A DNA stretch of 64,000 nt from Catajapyx aquilonaris (Eukaryota). This document shows, piece after piece, positions 1 to 12,800 of this stretch. A model generated the notes under the pieces. That model had not been told where the DNA came from. It made no database searches and worked only from the letters and a program-made list of their open reading frames with translations. The first letter of the stretch is position 1; each line of letters starts with the position of its first letter. A program made the translations under genes and the position numbers. The stretch spans positions 62,001 to 126,000 of the forward strand of contig JYFJ02000400.1 in NCBI GenBank assembly GCA_000934665.2, given 5' to 3'.

Positions 1-1809
1 TAAGAACATGATTCTTTATCATTTCAAATGCAACTCTATATTTCTTAGCATGTGTTTATTTTGGTACCATTATAATTTCCTGCTAGATAATTTGGGGGTT
101 GTCATTCCCATTTAAGTTATTAACCCTTCGTTGCAGCTATTTTTATTTCAGTTTAAAATAATTTTTATGATTTTGTATCGACTGGTTTGATCTCCATAAC
201 AACTGCTTCTCAATGGAATACTACACTTATTTATGATTTATTGTAACACTTTACACATTCCTCCCCCTGAATCAATGCATTTTCGAAATGTATTCCCTGC
301 GTTTGCACTCGCAAGGATTTTGTTGGCAAGATGACCTGCACATCCGCGTTACTTTATTCACACCAACTAAACGCACAATCCTCACTCTGTTATTCACCGA
401 ACATCTCTCATGCATCTGTCTTGTAGAATACTGTGCGCCCTTCTTCCACATTAGCATACCTAGCTCATCTAGTTACCATAACAAACTTTATGCTTCAGCC
501 TAGGGCTAATTACCCAGCCTTACCGACATAGCCTGAAACTTAGCAAACACTTACAACCTAACATTGTGCTCAACCAGAGTCCCCATATATAAAAATACGC
601 ATTTACTTCCTTATATGTGATATACGATAAATGCTTACTGTACAGTAGATCCGAACTCTGACTCACTTTTACTATCCGTAATAATATTGCACTCTAACGA
701 TACCAGTATATATCATTCCAAACTTATAAATACCCCCAGTAATTAAGCATTGCATGGACAAGTACTGTGCCATAGTGCGAAATTGAGAAGCCAATAGACC
801 CTTCACAAGCTTTAAAGCCATAATTGCAATGCTCCTTAGTCTGCAGATAACAATATTTTCACACTCATCAAAAATCACCAAATGCACCAACATTTTCCAA
901 TCCTTCGTACATAACAGCATTTACCTCAAAAAAAAAAAACTTTACATGTGTCCATAATTACTGTACTACCTGCAACACAATGCACCTATTTTTACCAGAT
1001 TACCATGCATTACACAACACATTTACTTCTGCATTTTCAATATAACACTGAAATGTTCTCTGTTCTGGTTTATTTTATTTTTCAATTTTACAATTTGGAA
1101 CTTTTATTTGTATGGCGCTTCATGAAATATTGTGAACTGAGCATTTTTTTTTCATTTCCAAATATTTTTCTGTACATTTGTTCATGAAATTTTGCACACT
1201 GAATGACTTGGAATTACTTTTGGTTTGAGCCAGCAAACATTATGTATTTTTATGAAGATATTTTTTTTGAAGCAATCAGTTAGTTACATGTAGGCCTACG
1301 TACTCTCAATATTTGACATCTATTTGGTTAAACTTTTGTTTTTGAGTTGGTGGACTATTATTATCAGCTTTTTTGCATGGCTTGAACCAAAGTAACTTAT
1401 CAAATCACTTTTTGAATTCCTTAAATTTTTTTTCTTACATAATTTTTGTGAATTATGTGCCAAGCTGGCCATTCAATTGTGAGCAAAATTTTCGGATCAA
1501 ATATTATTCAAAGGTGTAATATTTTTATCAAATCCATTTTTATTTGATTTTTATTTTAAGTTCAACAAGATTTTGTTACAACCCTCCCACCTTCCCCCCA
1601 TGATATCGCTTGCTTATAAAACACTGCTAATGGATGGCTTGTGGGACTGGATAAGCTGCAAGTGTGCAACGTCACCTTTTCTTCACAACTTCCAGTTTTG
1701 CTTTCTTTTTTCGTCTTTATCATTTCTGCTACTGCCTTGGCCCACTAATTACAAGTGCTGAAGAGAACCAAGGTTTAAGTTTTTCTGCCATGTGTCTTGA
1801 TTTCTACAG

Positions 1810-4800
1810 AAGAAAAGCTGCATGAATGGGAGTCTCCAGTGGAGGCAGTGAAGCCTCAGTACACAGAAGAAAGTGTAGACACTGCCAAGGGACGCGAAGA
1901 AAAGCCTCAAGTACTCAAGGACGCTGACCTTCGAAGGCCTGAAAAGCCTGAAGAGCTCAAAGGGTTACAAATAATTGACAGAGGAGTTAAAATTGAGGAG
2001 ATTTCAACCCACGAATACAAAGGTGTGGAGGAGACCACAGCAATCGTGAGCGAGGAGGAAGGTCCCCGAGAGAAGCCAAAGAGTAGGATGATTCCAATCC
2101 ATTTGCCTGAAGGAAAGGTCATAATTCCAGAAGATGATTCCATGAAAATAGAGGAGATTGAGACCATTCGAAAGGAGGTTGTCGAGAAGAAACCAAAGGA
2201 AGACAAGGTTGTACCTGCAAAGGTGGTAGAGGAACCACAATTCACTGTGGAGGAAACAACTGTTGTGTTCCCTGATGAAGGCGTGGAAGATTCCAGCCTA
2301 GCACCTGAATATGACATCAAGAGCGTGACTGTCCGGGAAGAGACTCAAAAGAAGCGTTCTGTGATAGTGTCCGAAGAGCCTGTCCTCATCCGAGAGGAGA
2401 GCCGACCAATTAGGAGAGACGAGGTTGGGGTTGTGAAAGAAACGACTGTGATAGAAGAAAAGGAAGTTATACAAAAACCAGAAGAGAAAGAAGTAACAAC
2501 AAAGAAAAAGCATAGGAGGAAGAGAGTTAAGCGAGGCAGGCGGCCTGGTGAGGTTAGCGAAGAGAAAGTCGACATCCCAGGTGAGGTTGCTCCTGAAGGT
2601 GAAGAATCCGAAGAAACAGATGAGGAAGAAGTTGTCACGGAGAAGGTGACAAGAAGGAGAGCACCTAAGCAGAAACCTGAAAAGCCTGAGGAGGTTCGTC
2701 TAAAGCCTACCAGAAGAGAACCTAAGCCTCTTCCAGAAGAAGAAATGGAACAGGTTACATTGAAGCCTGTTGTGAAAGATGAAGAAACAACAGAGGAAGA
2801 AACTATTACGGAGGTGACAAGGAAGAAGGCACCAAAGGAGCCCAAACCTGAAAAGCCTGAAGAGGTCCGCCTCAAGCCTACCAGAAGAGAACCAAAGCCT
2901 CGTCCAGAGGAGGAAACAGAACAAGTTACGTTGAAGCCTGTTGTTAGAGATGAAGAAGTTAAAGAAGAAGAGACTGTAACTGAGGTAACATGGAGAAGAG
3001 GCGTAAGGGAAGACAAACCTGAAAAGCCAGAAGAAGTCCACCTAAAACCGACTAAGAGAGAACCAAAGCTTCGTCCAGAAGAAGAAACAGAGCAAGTTAC
3101 GTTGAAGCCTGTTGATAAAGATGAAAAGGTTACAGAAGAAGAGACTGTCACTGAGGTAACTTGGAGAAGAGGCCTAAGGGAAGACAAACCTGAAAAGCCT
3201 GAAGAAGTTCGTCTCAAACCTACTCGAAGAGAACCAAAGCCTCGTCCAGAGGAGGAACCAGAGCAGGTCACACTAAAACCTGTTGTCAGAGATGAAAAGG
3301 TTACAGAAGAAGAGACTGTTACTGAAGTCACATGGAGAAGAGGAGTAAAGGAAGACAAGCCTGAAAAGCCTGAAGAAGTTCGTCTCAAACCTACCCGAAG
3401 AGAACCAAAGCCTCTTCCGGAGGAGGAAACGGAACAGGTGACATTGAAACCTGTTGTTCGAGATGAAGGAGTTACAGAAGAAGAGACTGTCACTGAGGTA
3501 ACAAGAAGAAGAGGACCAAAGGAGGAAAAACCTGAAAAGCCTGAAGAAGTTCGTCTCAAACCTACCCGAAAAGAACCAAAGCCTCGTCCAGAGGAGGAAA
3601 CAGAACAGGTGACATTGAAGCCTGTTGTTAGAGATGAAAAAGTTACAGAGGAAGAGACTGTCACTGAGGTAACTTGGAGAAGAGGGATAAGAGAAGACAA
3701 GCCTGAAAAGCCAGAGGAGGTTAGTCTCAAACCTACCCGCCGAGAACCAAAGCCTCGTCCGGAAGAGGATACAGAACAGGTTACTTTGAAACCTGTTGAT
3801 AGAGATGAAAAGGTTACAGAAGAAGATACTGTCACTGAGGTAACTTGGAGAAGAGGCATAAGGGAAGACAAACCTGAAAAGCCTGAAGAGGTCCGCCTCA
3901 AACCTACTCGAAGAGAACCAAAGCCTCTTCCGGAGGAGGAAACAGAGCAGGTAACATTGAAGCCTGTTGTCCGAGATGAAGAGGTAACTGAAGAAGAAAC
4001 TGTAACTGAGGTGACAAGGAGACGAAGACCAAAGGAAGAGAAACCGGAAAAGCCTGAAGAAGTCCACCTAAAACCAACTCGAAGGGAGCCCAAGCCTGCT
4101 CCAGAAGATGTGGAGAAGGTTGTGCTGAAGCCTGTTGTAAGAGAGCAGGAAGTGGAGGAAGTTACAGTCACAGAAAAGGTGTTGAAGAAGAGGGTGCCAA
4201 AGGACACAACACCTGAAATGCCAGAAGAGGTCCATCTGAAACCTGTCAGAAGAGAGCCTAAACAGGTCACAGAGGAGGTGGAAGAGATTAAGCTTAAACC
4301 AGTAGTGAGAGAGATAGAGGAGGTGGAAATCACGACTGAAAAGGTGAGAAGGAAAAAGGTGCCAAAGGAGCCCGTGCCTGAAAAACCAGAAGAGGTTCGC
4401 TTGAAGCCAATACTCAAAGGAGTAAAACCACGCGAAGAAGAAGAAATTGAGAAGGTTACACTGAAACCTGTTGTACGAGACGACGAAGAAGAGGAAGTAA
4501 CGGTAACAACCACTGTTGAAGAGATACGTAAACCTAAAGAGAGGAAGCCGAAAAAGCCGGAAGAAATAGAAGAAGCTCCTGTGGTGGGCGAGGAAGAGAC
4601 CATTTCAAAGGAGGTTGTTGCCCCAGAAGAAAAACCATCAGAGGAAGCGCCTAAAGGAGTCAAGCCAAAGAAACCAAAACGTGTCCTTTTCAAACAAGAG
4701 AAGGTCGAAGCAGGAGAATCGTTCACTATGGCTAAGCACATGTTGAAACCAGTAAGGAGAGAAGCTAAGGTAGAAGAGAAGCCAGAAGAAGAATATCCGA

Positions 4801-6894
4801 CGCTCAAACCATTGAAGCCGACTGAAATCACCGAGGAGAAGATAGAGCAAATGGTGGTCGAAAGGGTAGTCAGAGAAGAAGAGACTGTAGAACGGAAGCC
4901 AAAGAAAAAGCCCAAGAAACCTAAGGAAGCTCCGGAGGAAGTATGGCCAGCAATTCCAGAAGAGAAGAAACCCGAGAAGCCAGAAGAAGTGAAGCCAGAA
5001 GAATCCAAACCTGAGGAGAAGAAACCCGAAGAAAAGAAAAAGAAGCACAAGAAAGTGAAGCGAACTTTGACAGTCGTGAACCTCTCTGAGATTACTTTGG
5101 TTGAACACTCCGTCACTCAGGTTAAGGTCACCTCAATTCTCTCCAAGATGAAGCCTCTTCAGGCCTCTCTTGTGAACATTCCCAAAGGTGCTGCTCCGGA
5201 TGATGTTTATCGAATCCTCAAAGGAGCATTGAAACCTGTGGAGAGAGTAGAAAAGGAGGTGACAGAGGAAAAGCCAAGCTTCACGCAACTCAAGGCAGTC
5301 AAACGTAAGGTGAAGCCCATTGAGAGCCAACCTATTGAATTCGCCTTGAAACCACTGAGAGCGACTCTCTCAGATGCTGACACATCGGACCAGGGATTAT
5401 TTAGACCTGGGCTGACAGACAGGCGGCCATCGAAAGCAGAAGACGATTACATTTCAATGCGAGGGGCCCTGAAGCCTGTTCCAAAGAAACCAAAGGAGAA
5501 GCGAAAGAAACCAGAGATGGTGGAATACGATATACAGGATGTGGAGCAAGTGTTTGTGTACGAGCCACAGAAACCTGAAACTGCACAAATAACTGACTCT
5601 GAAACAACAGAGAGGCTTGTAACAGAAGTGACTGAGATTACCGAAATTACTAAGAAGAAAAAGAAGCCTAAGAAACCGGGCGAGGAGAAGAAACGCAAGC
5701 CTAAGTTTCAGGCTGTGATGGTTGAACAGGTTGAGTTTGTCAAACTGGCCCCCAAGAAAGTGGAGTTCACACAACGTGAGGAAGGACTTCATCCCAGTGT
5801 TGAGTACCAGGACATCAAGGCTGGTCTCAAACCCGTGGTTAGAGAGCCGAAGAAGAAGGGTGAGAAGGATAAGATCCCAAGACACTTGAGACCTGTCGAG
5901 CATGAAATCAAAGAAGTGGAGTTCAAACCAAGCGAGATCCAACTGAAGCCGCTGAAACCTGTGATGTCAGAATCGACTATTCGACAAACTGAAGAGACAA
6001 CTCTGTCGCGTAGAGGTGTGTGGGAAGAAGAGGATGTGACAAGAATGAGGATGCAAGTGTCCGAAGTGACTGACATCAGGAGAGGTGTGATTGAAAGAGT
6101 AGAGGAAGAAGTCGTTCCTTGGAGGCGGCCAAGTAAGACCGAAGTTGAAGAAACAACAATAAGCGAAATTGCTCCATGGAGGAAATCAAGTCGGGAAGAC
6201 ATCACAATCATCAAGAAAACAAGAAGGCCGTCAGAGGAAGAGGTTACAGAACAAACAATAGTGGAGGAGGACACAAGGTTGACCCTGCTCAGGCGACAAA
6301 TGGAGGACCTCAAAATGGTCGCTCAGAAACCTAAAGTTGAAGAGCCGAAGCCTCTAGAAGCTGTTCCTTGGAAAAGAGGTCCCAGAAGGTCTACAGATGA
6401 GGAGACACCTGTTCCTTGGCGCCGTGGAAGTAAGGAAGTGGTCGAAGAGACTGTTGTACCATGGAGACGAGGTAGTAAGGAGGTGGTCGAGGAATCTGTA
6501 GTGCCATGGCGACGAGGAAGCAAAGAAGTTGTTGAAACCACAATAACAAGGCGAAGACGGCCATCAGAAGAGGAGACATCAGAAACCACGATCATAGAAG
6601 ACACTCGGTTGATTACCACGCGAAGAGATCAGGAGACAGTCAGCGTCCTTGAGAGGCAAGGTCCCAGGCAGGAAACAGTAGAGGAGGAGATTATAGAGAC
6701 GCGTAGAAAGAGAAAACCTAAACCTAAGCCAAAGGAAGAAGAAGGCGTTCCTTGGCAGAGAGGAAGGAAACCAGAGAAGCCTGAGGTGGAAGAAACAGAA
6801 GAAGTTGAAGAGATCACGACATGGAGAAGAAGAAAGCCTAAACCAGAAGAGACCGAAGTCAAGCAGGCAATCGAAAGTGTCATTACGGAAGAAA
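1810..6894 (+). CDS. sls: Giant E/K/P/V-rich titin exon (5,085 nt, phase 1-1)
   Basis: Acceptor ttctacAG at 1808-1809 and donor A|GTAAGC at 6895, inside the 1718-aa ORF; length divisible by 3. Confidence 0.85.
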
Positions 6895-9800
6895 GTAAGC
6901 TAACATACATTGTTATATGCATAGGTCTTATGGTGATAAGGATATTAGAATAAGCGAATAGTGATAAGGAACCTAATTAATTTTGTCTTAGGAGAGAGTG
7001 GAGGGCAATGAAGATCATTGTTGTGATTTGTAAATCGCAAGAACTGCAGGTTGAAGCTGGCATAATTTTTTTACATGGTTGGAGTCTGCTCCGTTGGTGC
7101 ATCTCCTGACTTCTTGGGTGTTATGTCGACTAAGAGTTACTAAACCAGAGCAAAGGACTCGCAACTTGCACAAAAAGATACACCACACGTTGTCATAAAA
7201 CCTTTCAGGTTATTTCACACAGACTCGAACCATTCAACTTGATCACAACACTATATACTCTGAACACACTACACATTACAAGATCAACATTACCCTACAC
7301 TCGTATGATAACACGCCCAATCATACAGACGCAGTGCACTTCCAAAAGTCACACTGTTGAAAACCTTGACCCAAAATTTATGTGTCATTAAGCTCACCTT
7401 TACAGAAACAATGTGAGCTGTACCCCCGCATGTTGGTACCCAATTTGGTGTTGATAGATACTTCCCCCGTTAGTATTATATGTTGTTATGTTATCTGTAG
7501 TGTACAGACAAGCCATAGACCCCTAGTTGTAACTCAGGTAGTTTCAGCAATTAAATTTTTGACATGAATTTTTAAGCACACTAGCCACGATTTGTAAAAA
7601 CAAAAATTTAATGCACTATTTAGTACGTAAAAGTAGTTGTGTGGCTTACTTATACATTCTAGAATATTACATGCATTGTTTTCTTAGTTATGTGTATAGC
7701 GAGCATGTACTTAGAAGGCAATTTTTTTACCTTAAGGCCACTGTTCCGAATTTTTCATTTAGATTGTATTGCGATTACGATAATTTTAAACATTTGTAGT
7801 AAAGTTTTCATATTTTTATAATTACAAATCTTTATATCACGACCAATAGTTGTGCTCGTCATGTAGTTCTTATTATTGCAAGCTACTGCAACGTTTTCCG
7901 TGTTGCTATTAGGATGATTATAATAATGTGCACTGTAACTATAATTCACTTTGAAGAGAAATGATAGTACAGTAGAACCCCGATTATCCGTCAACCACGG
8001 GGCTGGAACATCGTCGCATAATCGAAAATAATCCAAGGAGTCGGATAATCGGGGTTCTACTGAATTACAACCTTCCTATAAATAATAGTGTCATAATACT
8101 GTAGCTTATGGATACCGTCAATATCTTAACATGTTTCAAATATAGGTTTTTAGGCCTGGTGACTTACACTGTTGGTAATAATCTATAGGTTACAACACAG
8201 ACTACTGGTAATTGCATAAATAATATAATTTAGCATTGCAATTGTATTTGTGCAGTGCAAAAAAATTACATAGTCTTACTTTACTATGGCTTATCGTACC
8301 CTTTATTTGTCCTTCATGTGCAGAGTTGGAAGTTATACGAATACCGTTATGACAATCCAACTTGATGAACCTGAATTTTACGGGACGAACATTCACTGTG
8401 TCGTGACTAACACAAGTCAGCATATAGAAGCCCGAGAGTCAATTCGTTAAATATCATTTACTATTTTGCACCAATAAACTCTTGTTGGATTCTTGGTCCT
8501 CTAATGCAACAATAGCGTATACATTCCGACGTATTTGTTTGTCTGTTAGGCTATACGGACATGTTCAAAATAGGTTGCATATGCATTAACAGCCATAAAT
8601 GTTTACGAAACAAAAATAATATTAGTTATTCGTCAACTTCTGCGGGCAGTTTAAACGGAATAAAATTTTCAAATTCGCCGCATTCACATTCGGATTGGCA
8701 CAACTGAAGCAGATAATAGAGAAAAAGCATATGCATCATTTCATCTGCAGTGAAATTAATTGATAATTGTCACAGCAAATACCTTTATAGTTATATCTTT
8801 AGCTATGCACCTCTAACATCCCTTCTTCGCCCTGTACACGTGTAGTTATGTTAAATACTGTGCTGACTTACTTATGTCGCAAATCTTGTACACTCCACGG
8901 GACGGTTTTGAACAAGTGCTTCCTTCAGAAGGCAATAACTTGGCACTTTGTTAAGATATATCACACGATGACCTACAGCAAACGTCACAGAAGCTGTACA
9001 TGACTGTGATGAAAGTCCCGCACGTACCGTATATGTTTGATATGTCGTATTGTTTAGTGCTTCATTGTAATTATTGACTAAGGTCAAAGTGTCTAATTTT
9101 GTCGTTGTGGTTCTGAGTTCCTTTCCGTGTGTGTGAGTGGTCCCATGTCTTAAAACATCAATTACCTGCATGGCATCGCCTTGAAACGAGTTCACATGCC
9201 ATATATACTCACTGAAAATATTCACAACAGGGTGTCATGCAGGCAATTTTTGATGCACACTGTCCACTTTACCATCAGTAAAAAGCCGCTTACGTTTGGC
9301 TGTTTTCTGAGGTAAAGCCGATACCACCACAAGCACTTCTCACCAAACCACACTCGAAAATCACACAAAAACATTGCACCTTATTACAGAGACACCAGAA
9401 GAAACATTACAGTTGGCGGAACAGATACCCGAAGAACACAAGACATCCACCACGGACACGACAGAAGAAACCAGTGTCACAGAACTCTCACCCACAGTCA
9501 AAAGACTAACACGCGATGAGGTTGAGGAGGAAATGGTCCAAAGGGTGACCAAAGAAGGCCTGGGCGAGGAGGAAGAGACACAAGAGGTGGTCGAAATAGA
9601 AGGGGGGAGACGCATTGTTAGGAAAATTATCAGGCCCAAGCAGCCTTCGATAGAAACAATAATCGAGGAGCAGGTAGGGGTGTTTGAGAAAAAGAACGGG
9701 GACATGCCTCTCTCGGAAATACCCTTGATAAGTCCTCAGTTTAGGGTCGAAACAGCCGCGACATGCGAGGCTCCAGAAATACTGCTGGACTCTTCCAGGA

Positions 9801-12800
9801 AAGAGCAGGCCAGCATCACAATCATAACTCACAGGTCGTTGGAAACTGAACAACGAGATGTGCAGACCAAGGAGGATAAGCTGATTCCGGACAAGACACC
9901 GCAACCGGAAAAGGCGTCGTCCACTGTTGACCTCTCCGAATCTATTCAGGTCACAGAAAGCGATGTTCAGTCCACGGCGAAAGAGTTTCAGGACAAGTTC
10001 AAGCCCCAGTCATTCCAGGCGACCAAGAGGATGAGCCAGGTTGAGGGCGTGTATGTGAGCGAAACTGAGGCTGATGTGTCGTTGGGTACGGTACCGATCG
10101 ACACAGACAAGCAGGTGCAGCCTAATGTTCAGGTACCTGAAGTGGCTCCTGTCGTGGTCACAGAGGTTGTTCCTGAAACCAGACCGGAGAAGTATTATCC
10201 GGAAGTGTTTGTAGCCACCGAGTCAGCCACACAGACAGTAATTTCGCAGCAGCAGGTAATTACACAGCAGCCGGATGTGGGCGAACTTGAAGGAGAGTAT
10301 GTGCCAGGTCGACTTCCGCCGTTTCACCAGGCGGGGATGCAGGTTGCGTCCAGAGAAGCGGTCCAGGTGTCCAAAATCAGCGTGCAGGAGAAGGAGGAAT
10401 ACTTCAAGTCTGAATCAATGCCTGAAACCGCACGTACGACCAGCAAAGTGACAGAGTTTGAAAGCATATCGACTACTGAGCTACGAGTTCAGGACAAAGA
10501 AAGCGAGCTGGTTGTTGAGGAAAGGAAAGAAGGAACTGCCCTCGTTGATATTTACAAACCAAGCGAATCGATCGCACTGACTGAAACGCATGCTACCGAA
10601 TCTGAAGTTTCGTTCACGGGCGAATTCAAGCCTGAAGGCAAACGAGCTGATGTGTCACTAATTTCGTACGAGAGCAGAGGAGTGTCAATGACCACACCTG
10701 CTGAGAGCGAAGCACCTTTCGAGAGAGAAGCAGGTCCGACCGAAATCATAGCAGAGGTGCAGGTACGTCCAATGGAGTCCTGCGATGTCACCGAAGTTCT
10801 AGCGGTCGATGCTCCAGGCGATTTTAAAGACATTCTGAAGTACAGGTCTGAAGAAGCTGTTCAATCTGTTGAAACGCAGGAGGCTAAGCAGATAACGCAG
10901 GTGATGGCTGAGGAGCGTGAAGGTGTAGCAGGCTTGGAGTCAATTCCGGCTGGTACAGCAGTTGGCACCGAGTTTGTACCACAATCGGCGCTTAATGTTA
11001 CCGAAACATCGACGTCAGAAAAGGAAGGTATTTTCCCTCAAGAGGAAACGCCAGAGAGCCAGAAGGGTCAAGTGGCTGCGGCTCATTCGCTGCCATCAGC
11101 ATTGGTGCAAGAAACAGTGGCTGAAGGTCAAACTGCTGACCTGGACAAGGGACTGCCTGAAGGAAAATGGGCAAAACCGTATCAACAGACCTTCCAGGAA
11201 ACGGTGGTGGAACAGGCGGTCGTTGCTGAAGGACTGGACGTGTACAAGGGACCAACCAAACCTGATGGAAAGACGGCTGATCTGACCGTTTTGGAGGAAG
11301 AGAGCGTGAGTGTGATGCAAATAGTGGCAGGTGACCACGAGAAGGAGCTGGTCTCGCCTGAAGCTCCTGAAAGTGAAACAGCAGTGGCTGACATATCCGG
11401 AAGGACAGTGGCCATCAAGTCTCAGGTGGTGGTCGAGGCTGGAGTGGGCGAGTTGGCCAAAGAAACGGCCGCTTCTGGCCAGGCCCAAGTGTCCCAAACC
11501 CCACTGGAAGGGTTGATAGTGTCCGAAAACGCAGCGGGGGAGAAGGAAGGTCATTACCAGAGAGGGGTGAGGCCTGACACCAAATTGGCTGAAGTGTCAT
11601 TTACTGAGGGACAAGAAGGAGTGACAGTGACTCAGGTGCTGACAGGCGACAAGGAAGAAGTTTACAGCATTGAGAAACCTGTGGAGGAGACTGGTACACC
11701 GCAGATGGTTGGTAAAACAGTGGCTACACAGCAAGAGACGGTTCCTGCTGTGGATGCTGCACCTTTCAAACCAGAAATCATGCCTGAATCCGGTAAAGCC
11801 GTACCAGAACAGGACGCTTTAGATCACATTGTCACCACAGAGTCGATTGTGTCCGAAGTAGAAGGAGAATACACAGCCGATTTCAAATTCACGACCAAGA
11901 GCGCTGAAGTCAACGTGCAGGTAGAACGAAGCCTGACTGTCACTCAAGTGATGGGAGAAGACAAGGAAGAGTCACTGGTTGTCACCAAGAGCGCGGAAGG
12001 TATTGCAGATGTGGACATCACCGGTAGAGAGGCAGCGACCGTCACAGAAACGCTGACCGACACTCACGTTCAGACGGTCGAATACGAGAAGCCGGTCACT
12101 AGTCTGGCCAAACAGCAGCAGGATGCGACATACAGTTTCGAAACAAGTCAGACCATAACTGCAGAGAAAGAAGGCATATTCAGAGGCGACTTAAAGCCTG
12201 CAACGAAATCGGCAGACATGGATATGGTCCTGGAAGAATCAATCACAGTCACTCAGGTGGTCCTCGGAAGCACAGGGTCAGAGTACGAGGCTCCTGCAGC
12301 GCCTGAGACTGACAGTGCAGAGCAGCTTGTGACCACTGCCAGACAAGTTGCGCTCAAGTCCGAAACAGTCCCGGACATGGGCATCGGTGCGATCGAAACA
12401 CCCGTACCTCAGACAGGGCACGCAAAGCCGGAGCAGATGCCTTTGGAGAGCCTGATTCTGACTGAAACTATGCCTGGCGAAACCGAGGGCGAATTCCATG
12501 CTCAGATAAAGCCTGATTCAAAGAGTGCCCAAATGGAATTCATGGTCGAGGAAAGCATTGCGATCACGCAGGTGACTGCAGAGGACAAAGAAGGTGAATA
12601 TGTATCGCCTGTTGTACCGGCCGGGACTAGCGCCACACCGGATCTGCACACTCTAGAAGTTGCAGTTCATTCAGACGTGTTGTCTGAAGTGCAGCCGTTC
12701 CAATTAGAAAGAGATGTTCCGGTGCAAGAAAAGGCGGCTCCAGGACACGAAGCGCATCAAGTTCCGATTCAGATGCAGACCACAGCTGTTGAGCTGGAGG

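Noticed and set aside
2345..5116. 923-aa antisense ORF, and many other long minus-strand ORFs across 9.4-32 kb
   Set aside because: Ser/Phe/Leu-rich mirror images of the purine-rich repetitive titin frame, which rarely creates antisense stops.
6990..7390. Possible extra small titin exons after ttagG and cacAG acceptors
   Set aside because: No phase-1-compatible open exon with a convincing donor and titin-like composition.
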